Assembly (NCBI GenBank): GCA_035470985.1
Contig: DATIQI010000178.1
Location: 1 to 36,091, forward strand
Source of the DNA: Acidobacteriota bacterium
GTDB taxonomy: Bacteria; Eisenbacteria; RBG-16-71-46; SZUA-252
DNA: 36,091 bases
Reading direction: 5' to 3'
Each line of letters starts with the position of its first letter. Position 1 is the stretch's first letter. Under the pieces are notes generated by a model. The model made no database searches. It saw only the letters and a list, made by a program, of their open reading frames with translations, and had not been told where the DNA came from. The translations under genes and the position numbers were made by a program. Positions 29,555-36,091 of this stretch are shown here, piece after piece.

Positions 29555-30492
29555 GCCGGGGCTCCCGCGAGGGCCTGCGCGGTCGCTTCGATCGCGTCGG
29601 GCTCCTCGCTTCCGAGGAGGACGGCGCCCTTCTCGACGCCGCGCACGAGTCCGCGGAGCACCTTGCCGTGCCCCACCTCGACGAACGTGCCGACGCCGGC
29701 GGCCACCATCGCCCGCACGGTCTGCTCCCAGCGGACCGCGCCGAGGAGCTGCTCGCGGAGCGTGCGGCGGATCTCGTCGGGCGCCGTGACCGGCGCCGCG
29801 CTCACGTTCGCGTAGACCGGGAAGCGGGCCGGCGCGATGGCGACCCGGTCGAGGGCTTCGTTCAGGGACGCGACCGCCGCCTCCATGAGCGGCGAGTGGA
29901 AGGCGGCGCTGACCGTCAGCGGCACCACCTTCTTCGCGCCGATCCGCTTCGCCTCCTCCGCGCCCCACTCCAGCGCCTCCAGCGTCCCGGAGAGGACCAC
30001 CTGGCCCGGCGAGTTGTAGTTCGCGGCGGCGAGATCGCGCGGGAGGTTCACCGCGCGGAGCACGTCGTCGATCTGGTCGGCCGTGAGCCCGAGGATCGCG
30101 GTCATGGAGCCGGGACGGACCGCGCCGGCGCCGGCCATCGCTTCGCCGCGGCGGCGGATCAGGCGGAGCCCGTCCGCGAACGTGAGCGAGCCCGCCGCCA
30201 CGTGCGCGGCGTACTCGCCCGCGCTGTGCCCCGCCGCGCAGGCGGGCGCGGCGCCGCGCGCCTCCAGCACGCGGTAGGCCGCGATGCTGGTCGCGAGGAG
30301 CGCGGGCTGCGTGTTCTGCGTCTCGGTCAGCGTCTCGGCCGGTCCCTCGAAGCAGAGCGCGGAGAGCGCGAAGCCGAGGACCTGGTCCGCCTCCTCGAAG
30401 ACGGCGCGCGCCTCGGGATAGCGCTCGGCGAGCGCCTTCCCCATGCCGACCGCCTGGGAGCCCTGTCCCGGGAAGAGGAACGCCGCGCTCAA
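29551..30492 (-). CDS. fabD: Malonyl CoA-ACP transacylase
   Basis: The TTG start overlaps the fabH stop (TTGA). The sequence reads LSAAFLFPGQGSQAVGMG, has the active site GHSAGEYAA, and includes VSAAFHSPLM. The predicted 313 aa matches typical FabD size. Confidence 0.93.
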   Translation of the reverse strand: MSAAFLFPGQGSQAVGMGKALAERYPEARAVFEEADQVLGFALSALCFEGPAETLTETQNTQPALLATSIAAYRVLEARGAAPACAAGHSAGEYAAHVAAGSLTFADGLRLIRRRGEAMAGAGAVRPGSMTAILGLTADQIDDVLRAVNLPRDLAAANYNSPGQVVLSGTLEALEWGAEEAKRIGAKKVVPLTVSAAFHSPLMEAAVASLNEALDRVAIAPARFPVYANVSAAPVTAPDEIRRTLREQLLGAVRWEQTVRAMVAAGVGTFVEVGHGKVLRGLVRGVEKGAVLLGSEEPDAIEATAQALAGAPA

Positions 30493-31481
30493 AACTGGAC
30501 CACCGCGCCGGCCCAGGTGAAGCCGCCGCCGAACGTGACCATCGCCACGAGGTCGCCCGCCTTCACGCGCCCCGTCCGGCGCGCCTCGTCGAGTGCGAGC
30601 GGGATGGAGGCCGACGACGTGTTGCCGTACTTGTGGAGATTCACGAAGACCTTCTCCATCGGAACGCCGAGCCGCTCCGCGGTCGCCTGGATGATGCGCA
30701 GATTCGCCTGGTGCGGCACGAGGAGCGCCAGGTCCTCGGCGCTCTTCCCCGCGGCCTCCAGCGCCTCGATGGCCACCGCCTGCATGGCCCGGACCGCGTG
30801 CTTGAAGACGTCGTTCCCGCTCATGTGGATCGTGTGGAGCCTCTGCTCCACCGTCTCGTGCGTGGGCGGCATGAGCGATCCGCCGGCCGGCATCTCGAGG
30901 AGGTGGACCAGCGCGCCGTCGCTGTGGACCCGCGTCGAGAGGATGCCGCCGGGCTCCCCCGTCGAACGGAGCACCACCGCCCCGGCCGCGTCTCCGAAGA
31001 GGACGCAGGTGTTCCGGTCGGTCCAGTTCACGATCTTGCTCAGGGTCTCCACGCCGATCACGAGGACCGTCTTCGCCGTTCCCGCGCGGATCGTGTCGCA
31101 ACCGACCTGGAGCCCGTACATCCAGCCGGCGCAGGCCGCGCTCACGTCGAACGCGTAGGCGTTCGAGGCGCCGAGGACGTCCTGCACGGTGCAGGCGGTG
31201 GAGGGGAAGGTCCGGTCGCCCGTCACGGTGCCGACGATGATCTGGTCGAGTTCCTTCGGGTCCACCTTGGCGTCCGCCAGGGCGCGCTTCGCGGCCTCCG
31301 ACGCCAGGAACGAGGAGGGGGTCCCGGGCTCGGAGATCCGCCGCTCCCGGATGCCGGTCCGCGAGACGATCCACTCGTCGGACGTGTCGACGATCGCCTC
31401 CAGGTCCCGGTTCGTGAGGACGCGCTCCGGCGTGTAGGAGCCGGTGCCGAGGATGTGGACGTCGCGGGCGGGTGCGATCAT
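30489..31481 (-). CDS. fabH: Beta-ketoacyl-ACP synthase III
   Basis: The ATG overlaps the plsX stop (ATGA). The sequence reads ILGTGSYTPERVLTNRDLE..VDTSDEWIVSRTGIRERR, has the active-site FDVSAACAGW, and includes PHQANLRII and KYGNTSSASIPLAL. Confidence 0.95.
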   Translation of the reverse strand: MIAPARDVHILGTGSYTPERVLTNRDLEAIVDTSDEWIVSRTGIRERRISEPGTPSSFLASEAAKRALADAKVDPKELDQIIVGTVTGDRTFPSTACTVQDVLGASNAYAFDVSAACAGWMYGLQVGCDTIRAGTAKTVLVIGVETLSKIVNWTDRNTCVLFGDAAGAVVLRSTGEPGGILSTRVHSDGALVHLLEMPAGGSLMPPTHETVEQRLHTIHMSGNDVFKHAVRAMQAVAIEALEAAGKSAEDLALLVPHQANLRIIQATAERLGVPMEKVFVNLHKYGNTSSASIPLALDEARRTGRVKAGDLVAMVTFGGGFTWAGAVVQF

Positions 31482-32515
31482 GCGGCTTCGGGCTCCAATC
31501 GAGTCAGCTCCTCGCGAATGGAGTCGGCCACGCGCGCCTCCGCGCAGCGGGCCGCCACCTTGATCGCGTTCTTGATCGCGCGGACGTTCGACCGACCGTG
31601 CGCGATGATGCACGTTCCGTTCACGCCCAGGAGCGGCGCGCCGCCCACCTCGGCGTAGTCGAGCCGGCGCTTCAGCCGCCGGAACGCCGGCTTCAGGAGG
31701 AGCCCGGCCATCATGCTGAGCGGGTGGGCCGCGATCTCGTCCTTGATCATGGTCGAGATGCTGGGGATCACGCTCTCCGCGAACTTCAAGAGCACGTTCC
31801 CCACGAATCCGTCGCAGACGACCACGTCGGCCGTTCCGAGGATGACGTCGCGCCCCTCCACGTTTCCCACGAAGTGGACCGGGCTCCGCTTCAGGAGCTG
31901 GTGCGCCTCGTAGTAGAGCTCGCTGCCCTTCTCCGCCTCCTCGCCGATGTTCAAGAGTCCCACCCGCGGCTTCTCCACGCGCATCACCAGGCGCGCGTAG
32001 ATGCTCCCCATCAGGGCGAACTGGGCGAGGTGCGCCGGCTTGCAGTCGGAGGTGGCGCCGACGTCGAGAATGACGACGTTTCCCTGCGGCGTCGGAAGGA
32101 CGGTGGCGATGGCGGGGCGCTGGATCCGCTCGATGCGGCCCAGCTCGAAGAGGCCCGACGCGACGACGGCGCCCGTGTTCCCGGCCGAGACCACGGCGTG
32201 GGTCTCGCCCGACTTGTGAAGCCGCGCGCAGACGTTGATGGAGGCGTCGCGCTTCTTCCGCACGGCCTGCGCCGCGTGTTCGGACATCTCCACCTGCTCG
32301 GGAGCGTGAATGATGCGAGGGAGTCGGTCGGCGACGCCGAGGCGAGCCGCCTCGTCGCGGATCGCCTTCTCGTCCCCGACGAGGGCGACGTCGAACGAGG
32401 CGCCGGGTTCGCCCAGCGCCTCGAGCGCCCCCTGAATGTTCACGCGGGGCGCCAAGTCGCCACCCATGGCGTCCACTCCGATGACTGGTCCTCGGCGTCC
32501 TTGGCCCATCGTCAT
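31478..32515 (-). CDS. plsX: Phosphate acyltransferase PlsX
   Basis: IGVDAMGGDLAP, VSAGNTGAVVA, GFVGNVLLK, GAPLLGVNG..IIAHGRS are PlsX hallmark blocks. Its position downstream of rpmF supports the call. Confidence 0.95.
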   Translation of the reverse strand: MTMGQGRRGPVIGVDAMGGDLAPRVNIQGALEALGEPGASFDVALVGDEKAIRDEAARLGVADRLPRIIHAPEQVEMSEHAAQAVRKKRDASINVCARLHKSGETHAVVSAGNTGAVVASGLFELGRIERIQRPAIATVLPTPQGNVVILDVGATSDCKPAHLAQFALMGSIYARLVMRVEKPRVGLLNIGEEAEKGSELYYEAHQLLKRSPVHFVGNVEGRDVILGTADVVVCDGFVGNVLLKFAESVIPSISTMIKDEIAAHPLSMMAGLLLKPAFRRLKRRLDYAEVGGAPLLGVNGTCIIAHGRSNVRAIKNAIKVAARCAEARVADSIREELTRLEPEAA

Positions 32516-32524
32516 CCGGATGGA

Positions 32525-32716
32525 CTACGCGTTGCGGGAGTGCTCCTGGACGATCACTTCTTCGCCCGCGTAATAGCCGCAGTGGGCGCAGACGCGGTGC
32601 GGAAGCTTGGGCTGGCTGCAGTGCGAGCAAAGGGAACGCGACGGCTTCCGGAGCTTCCAGTTCGTGCGGCGGTTCTTGCCGCGGGTGCTCGAATGCCGTC
32701 TCTTGGGTACCGCCAT
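32525..32716 (-). CDS. rpmF: 50S ribosomal protein L32
   Basis: MAVPKRRHSSTRGKNRRTNWKL...C..C......HRVC..CGYY is the canonical L32 sequence with its zinc ribbon. Confidence 0.96.
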   Translation of the reverse strand: MAVPKRRHSSTRGKNRRTNWKLRKPSRSLCSHCSQPKLPHRVCAHCGYYAGEEVIVQEHSRNA

Positions 32717-32762
32717 GGCTTACATCCTCTGGTTACGGGGCATACCCGGGCCGGACCGGGTT

Positions 32763-33251
32763 CTATCCCTCCGCGGTCGCGGCGCGCGCGCAGCGGCAGG
32801 GTCCCTGGTTCAGGTCTTCGCCGCAGCGGGGACAGAGGCCCGCGCAGGCTTCCCGGCAGAGCGGTTGCATCGGGAGGCCCAGAATCACCGCCTCCCGAAT
32901 CTCGCCGTCGATGGTGAGCACCCGGCCGTCGTGGGGGTGTACCCCCCCGTCTTCCTCGTCGAGGGCCTTGTGGCTCACCACGTTGGGATTCTGCACCTTA
33001 GCACAGAAGACATCGAACTCCAAATCGAGATTCTGGGCGTATTCGGCGAGGCAGCGGCCGCATTCCTGCTTGGCCGCGCCGGTCGCCTTGCCCCGGATCC
33101 AGATCTCGTCCCCCCGCCGGTCCAGGTAGAGGTGGACGTGGAGGGGCCCCTCGAGGACCGCCTCGGATTTGGCCAGCCCGAACGACTCGGCCGCCAGGTC
33201 GAGGTCGAGGGTGCTGGCGCCCTCGGGTAGGTCTCTCAGGTCGATCTGCAT
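32763..33251 (-). CDS. yceD: YceD/DUF177 family protein (23S rRNA accumulation protein-like)
   Basis: From the internal ATG it is 162 aa, with the pattern CGRCL...E......PLCREACAGLCPRCGEDLN..PC.C. Its conserved position immediately upstream of rpmF-plsX supports the call. Confidence 0.85.
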   Translation of the reverse strand: MQIDLRDLPEGASTLDLDLAAESFGLAKSEAVLEGPLHVHLYLDRRGDEIWIRGKATGAAKQECGRCLAEYAQNLDLEFDVFCAKVQNPNVVSHKALDEEDGGVHPHDGRVLTIDGEIREAVILGLPMQPLCREACAGLCPRCGEDLNQGPCRCARAATAEG

Positions 33252-33294
33252 TCGCAATACCCCTTCGAATCTCCATCTCCGACGAGGTCCGTTC

Positions 33295-33843
33295 CTAGCG
33301 CCACTTGTACGCTCGCACGGGCCCGGCGTAGCCATAGGTGGCTCCACGGCTGGTCACTTCCACGGAGTCTCCTGTGAACCGCCCGAATCGTACTTCTTCG
33401 TCATACCACCCACTCGTTTGGAACATACCGACGACGCGTTCGACTCTTGTCAGACCCTCATCCACCACGAAGACGCCGAACATCTCGTCTTTGAAGTCAC
33501 CTCGAAACGTCATGTCACTGACGATGGCCCAACCGATCACCAGACGAGGACCGAGAAAGTCCCAAGCACGAAGATCCACAATGGTCACTTTGGCTAGTTT
33601 CGGATTGACCGCCCGAAACTTCGCTCGCAGCGAATCCACCAACGGATTCGTTTGGACAATCAGGCCGGAGTCCGGTCTCGTGGCCCCTTCGTCAGACCTC
33701 GCCGTCTCAAGATGAGCGACTGGAGCCTCGCCGGAATCTCCTCGATCGCACCCAGAAGAGCCGACAACGACAAAAACGACAAATGAGATGGCCCAGAGCA
33801 CTCTGAGTTTCGCCCCTGGTATGCGGCAGGAGCGGAGACTCAC
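33295..33843 (-). CDS. Hypothetical lipoprotein, compositionally foreign (low-GC) orphan
   Basis: The GTG at 33843 gives MSLRSCRIPGAKLRVLWAISFVVFVVVGSSGC, with a basic n-region, a hydrophobic core and a Cys. The ORF start at 33957 would overlap ndk by 74 nt. Codon usage is rich in AGA, ATA, TTT, AAA, GGT and GAT, unlike the neighbours. I do not recognise a family. Confidence 0.6.
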   Translation of the reverse strand: MSLRSCRIPGAKLRVLWAISFVVFVVVGSSGCDRGDSGEAPVAHLETARSDEGATRPDSGLIVQTNPLVDSLRAKFRAVNPKLAKVTIVDLRAWDFLGPRLVIGWAIVSDMTFRGDFKDEMFGVFVVDEGLTRVERVVGMFQTSGWYDEEVRFGRFTGDSVEVTSRGATYGYAGPVRAYKWR

Positions 33844-33883
33844 GGCAATGACCAGCGCCGGCCTGACATTGTTCCTCGCCTGC

Positions 33884-34303
33884 CTAGCGCGCGGCCCCGA
33901 CGGTTCCGAACATGAACTCGAGTTCGATCGCCGCGTTTTCCGGCGAATCGGAGGCATGGACCGCGTTCATCCCCTTGCTCTCGGCGTAGAGGGCGCGGAT
34001 CGTCCCCGGCTTCGCTTCCTTGGGATCGGTCGCGCCGATCGTCTCGCGGAGCGCGAGGACCGCGTTCTCGCGGCGGAGCCGGCAGGGAACGACCGGGCCG
34101 GACGACATGAAGGCGACCAGCTCGTTCAGAAAGGGCTTCCCTTCGTGGACGGCGTAGAAGCGGCGCGCCTGCTCGGCCGAGAGCGTGATCATCCGCATCT
34201 CGAGGATCTCGAATCCCGCCTTCTCGATCTCGGCGAGGATGAGGCCCGTCTTCCGTCCGCGGACGGCGTCGGGCTTGATCATGAAGAGAGTCTCTTGAAC
34301 CAA
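33884..34303 (-). CDS. ndk: Nucleoside diphosphate kinase
   Basis: (M)VQETLFMIKPDAV...FYAVHEGKPFLNELVAFMSSGPVV...IGATDP..A.PGTIR......NAVHASDS are canonical Ndk blocks, including the active-site His. The start is TTG with GGAGGA 4-5 nt upstream. Confidence 0.95.
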   Translation of the reverse strand: MVQETLFMIKPDAVRGRKTGLILAEIEKAGFEILEMRMITLSAEQARRFYAVHEGKPFLNELVAFMSSGPVVPCRLRRENAVLALRETIGATDPKEAKPGTIRALYAESKGMNAVHASDSPENAAIELEFMFGTVGAAR

Positions 34304-34335
34304 AGGATTCCTCCGGTTGGCGTCGCTCGGGTCGT

Positions 34336-34373
34336 GGAAACGAACCGCGGCCGGCGCGACGGGCCGGCCGCGG
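34336..34373 (-). terminator. Candidate intrinsic terminator after sucD
   Basis: The minus strand reads CCGCGGCCGGC-ccgtcgc-GCCGGCCGCGG, a perfect 11-bp GC stem with a 7-nt loop, followed by TTCGTTTCC. It starts about 20 nt after the sucD stop. Confidence 0.5.
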
Positions 34374-34394
34374 CGTCTGTGTGCGTCGTCTTCT

Positions 34395-35498
34395 CTAGCG
34401 GCGGGCTTTCTTGCGCGCGGGCTTCTTCGCCGCCGAGCGCTTCGCCGCGGCCGGCTTCTTCGCCACCGAACGCTTCGCCGCGGCCGGCTTCTTCGCGGCC
34501 GGGCGCTTCGCCGCGGCGGCCTTCTTCGGAGCCGGCCGCTTCGCTTTGGATGCCGCCTTCTTCGTTCCGGTCTTCGCGGCGGCCTTCGTCCCGCCCATCA
34601 CGACCTTCAACCCCGTCTTCCTGCGGCGCTTCGCGAGCGCGGTGGCCACGAGACCCGGGATCTCCGAGGGCACCTTCGCCACCGGGACTCCGGCCCGCTC
34701 GAAGCGCGCGATCTTCTCCGCCGCGGTCCCCGCGCCGCCCGAGACGATGGCGCCGGCGTGGCCCATCCGCTTCCCCGGAGGAGCCGTCTGGCCCGCGATG
34801 AAGGCGACGACCGGCTTCGTGACGTGCTCCTCGATCAGGGCCGCCGCGTCCTCCTCGTCGGTCCCGCCGATCTCACCGATCAGGACGATCGCGTCGGTGC
34901 CGTCGTCCGCCTCGAACTGGGCGAGCGCGTCCACGAAGCGCGTGCCGACGATCGGGTCGCCGCCGATTCCGATGCAGGTGGACTGCCCCATCTTCGCGCG
35001 CGTCAGCTGCCAGACGACCTCGTACGTGAGCGTGCCGCTCCGCGAGACGAGGCCGATCCGGCCGGGCGCGTGGATGAAGCCGGGCATGATGCCGACCTTG
35101 CAGGCGCCCGGCGTGATGAGGCCCGGGCAATTGGGACCGATGAGGCGCGTCGATTTCCCGCGGAGATAGGCCGAGACCTCGATCATGTCGCGGACCGGGA
35201 CCCCCTCCGTGATGCAGACGACGAGCGGGATCTCCGCGTCGGCCGCCTCGTAGATCGCGTCCTGCGCCAGGGGCGCGGGGACGTAGATCACCGAGACGTT
35301 CGCCTTCGTCCGCGCCACGGCCTCCTCGACCGAGTCGAAGACCGGGATGCCGTCCACGCTCTGGCCGCCCTTCCCCGGGGTGACGCCGGCGACGACCTTC
35401 GTGCCGTATTCCTTCATGCCGCGCGCGTGGAACGAGCCGTCGCGGCCGGTGATTCCCTGGACCAGGACGCGGGAGTCGCGTCCGACGAAAATGCTCAC
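34395..35498 (-). CDS. sucD: Succinyl-CoA synthetase alpha subunit with a ~75-aa Lys/Ala/Pro-rich C-terminal tail
   Basis: The GTG start overlaps the sucC stop (GTGA). The canonical SucD body reads [23 protein letters not shown]..., [24 protein letters not shown] and the phosphohistidine loop MGHAGAIV. The tail then reads [78 protein letters not shown]. Confidence 0.93.
   Translation of the reverse strand: MSIFVGRDSRVLVQGITGRDGSFHARGMKEYGTKVVAGVTPGKGGQSVDGIPVFDSVEEAVARTKANVSVIYVPAPLAQDAIYEAADAEIPLVVCITEGVPVRDMIEVSAYLRGKSTRLIGPNCPGLITPGACKVGIMPGFIHAPGRIGLVSRSGTLTYEVVWQLTRAKMGQSTCIGIGGDPIVGTRFVDALAQFEADDGTDAIVLIGEIGGTDEEDAAALIEEHVTKPVVAFIAGQTAPPGKRMGHAGAIVSGGAGTAAEKIARFERAGVPVAKVPSEIPGLVATALAKRRRKTGLKVVMGGTKAAAKTGTKKAASKAKRPAPKKAAAAKRPAAKKPAAAKRSVAKKPAAAKRSAAKKPARKKARR
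34413..34533. repeat. 33-bp tandem repeat (3 near-identical units plus a partial one), in-frame within the sucD tail
   Basis: The units at 34435-34467, 34468-34500 and 34501-34533 share gcgcttcgccgcggc(c/g)ggc(t/c)ttcttcg. On the minus strand they encode 11-aa [11 protein letters not shown] repeats. Confidence 0.8.
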
Positions 35499-36091
35499 GC
35501 CGCCTCCGCCGCTCGGGCGATCACCGCGCGGACCGCCTCGTCCATGTCGCTCAACGCCGTCATACCGCGCGCGCTCAGCATCTCGCGCGCCTCCTTCTCG
35601 TTCGTGCCCGTCAGCCGGATGACGATCGGGAGCTTCGTGCCGATCCGGTCGAGCGCCGCGAGGAGTCCGCGCGCGACGTCGTCGCAGCGCGTGATGCCGC
35701 CGAAGATGTTGAAGAGAACGGCGCGGACGCGCTGGTCTCTCGTGAGAATGCTCATGGCCGCCGTCACCTTGTCGGGATTCGACGAGCCGCCGATGTCGAG
35801 GAAGTTGGCCGGCTTGCCGCCGTGGAACTGGATCAGGTCCATGGTCGCCATGGCGAGCCCGGCTCCGTTCACCACGCAGCCGATCGTTCCGTCGAGACGG
35901 ACGTACGAGAGGCCCTTCTCGCGCGCCTCCACCTCGCCCGGATCCTCCGCGCCGAGATCCCGCATGGCGGCGACCTCGGGGTGGCGGTCGAGCGCGTTGT
36001 CGTCCACGACGACCTTCGCGTCGATGGCCCAGACCTCCTCGGACGGCGTGACGATCAGGGGGTTGATCTCGGCCAGCGAGCAGTCCTGCTC
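35495..36091 (-). CDS. sucC: Succinyl-CoA synthetase beta subunit (5' end lies outside the window)
   Basis: The C-terminal ligase-CoA domain reads [16 protein letters not shown]...[14 protein letters not shown] and [12 protein letters not shown]...A......PIVIRL.GTN. The frame stays open to the window end beyond the ORF-track start at 36007. Confidence 0.92.
   Translation of the reverse strand, partial: EQDCSLAEINPLIVTPSEEVWAIDAKVVVDDNALDRHPEVAAMRDLGAEDPGEVEAREKGLSYVRLDGTIGCVVNGAGLAMATMDLIQFHGGKPANFLDIGGSSNPDKVTAAMSILTRDQRVRAVLFNIFGGITRCDDVARGLLAALDRIGTKLPIVIRLTGTNEKEAREMLSARGMTALSDMDEAVRAVIARAAEAA

Noticed and set aside
33294-33890. The 8-bp direct repeat cctagcgc flanking the low-GC gene, considered as a target-site duplication of a mobile element
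   Set aside because: An 8-mer match in GC-rich DNA can arise by chance. Both copies contain stop codons under similar constraints, and there are no terminal inverted repeats, integrase or transposase. I kept it only as a minor note within the low-GC island finding.

Overview
This is a very GC-rich (about 70% by eye) bacterial chromosomal segment. It is packed almost without gaps with housekeeping genes, and all are on the minus strand except lptF/lptG. In window order, the minus-strand genes are infB (3' end cut by the window), nusA, rimP, an M28/glutaminyl-cyclase-like lipoprotein and a ~2031-aa SprA-type T9SS outer-membrane protein. lptF and lptG follow on the plus strand. The minus strand then carries comB, accC, pilT, accB, aroQ, a TPR protein, aroB and a lipoprotein. 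Next come an HtrA/PDZ protein, a zf-HC2 anti-sigma factor, an ECF sigma factor and a secreted TPR protein. The window ends with rnc, fabF, acpP, fabG, fabD, fabH, plsX, rpmF, yceD, an orphan low-GC lipoprotein, ndk, sucD and sucC (5' end cut by the window). SprA plus a glutaminyl-cyclase-like lipoprotein, together with GGAGG ribosome-binding sites, suggests a high-GC lineage in or near the FCB/Gemmatimonadota group; this is inference only. I saw no rRNA, tRNA, CRISPR array, transposase or integrase. The best candidate for an undescribed system is the ECF sigma / anti-sigma / HtrA-PDZ module, because all three catalytic-triad positions of the protease appear substituted. Other points worth a second look:
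- pilT wedged between accB and accC.
- A ~590-bp low-GC orphan lipoprotein gene between ndk and yceD.
- Repeat-encoded charged tails on SucD and RNase III.
- A lipoprotein signal peptide with no canonical start codon.
Most long plus-strand ORFs in the track are antisense shadow ORFs typical of high-GC DNA. Coordinates of small motifs were read by hand and may be off by 1-2 nt.
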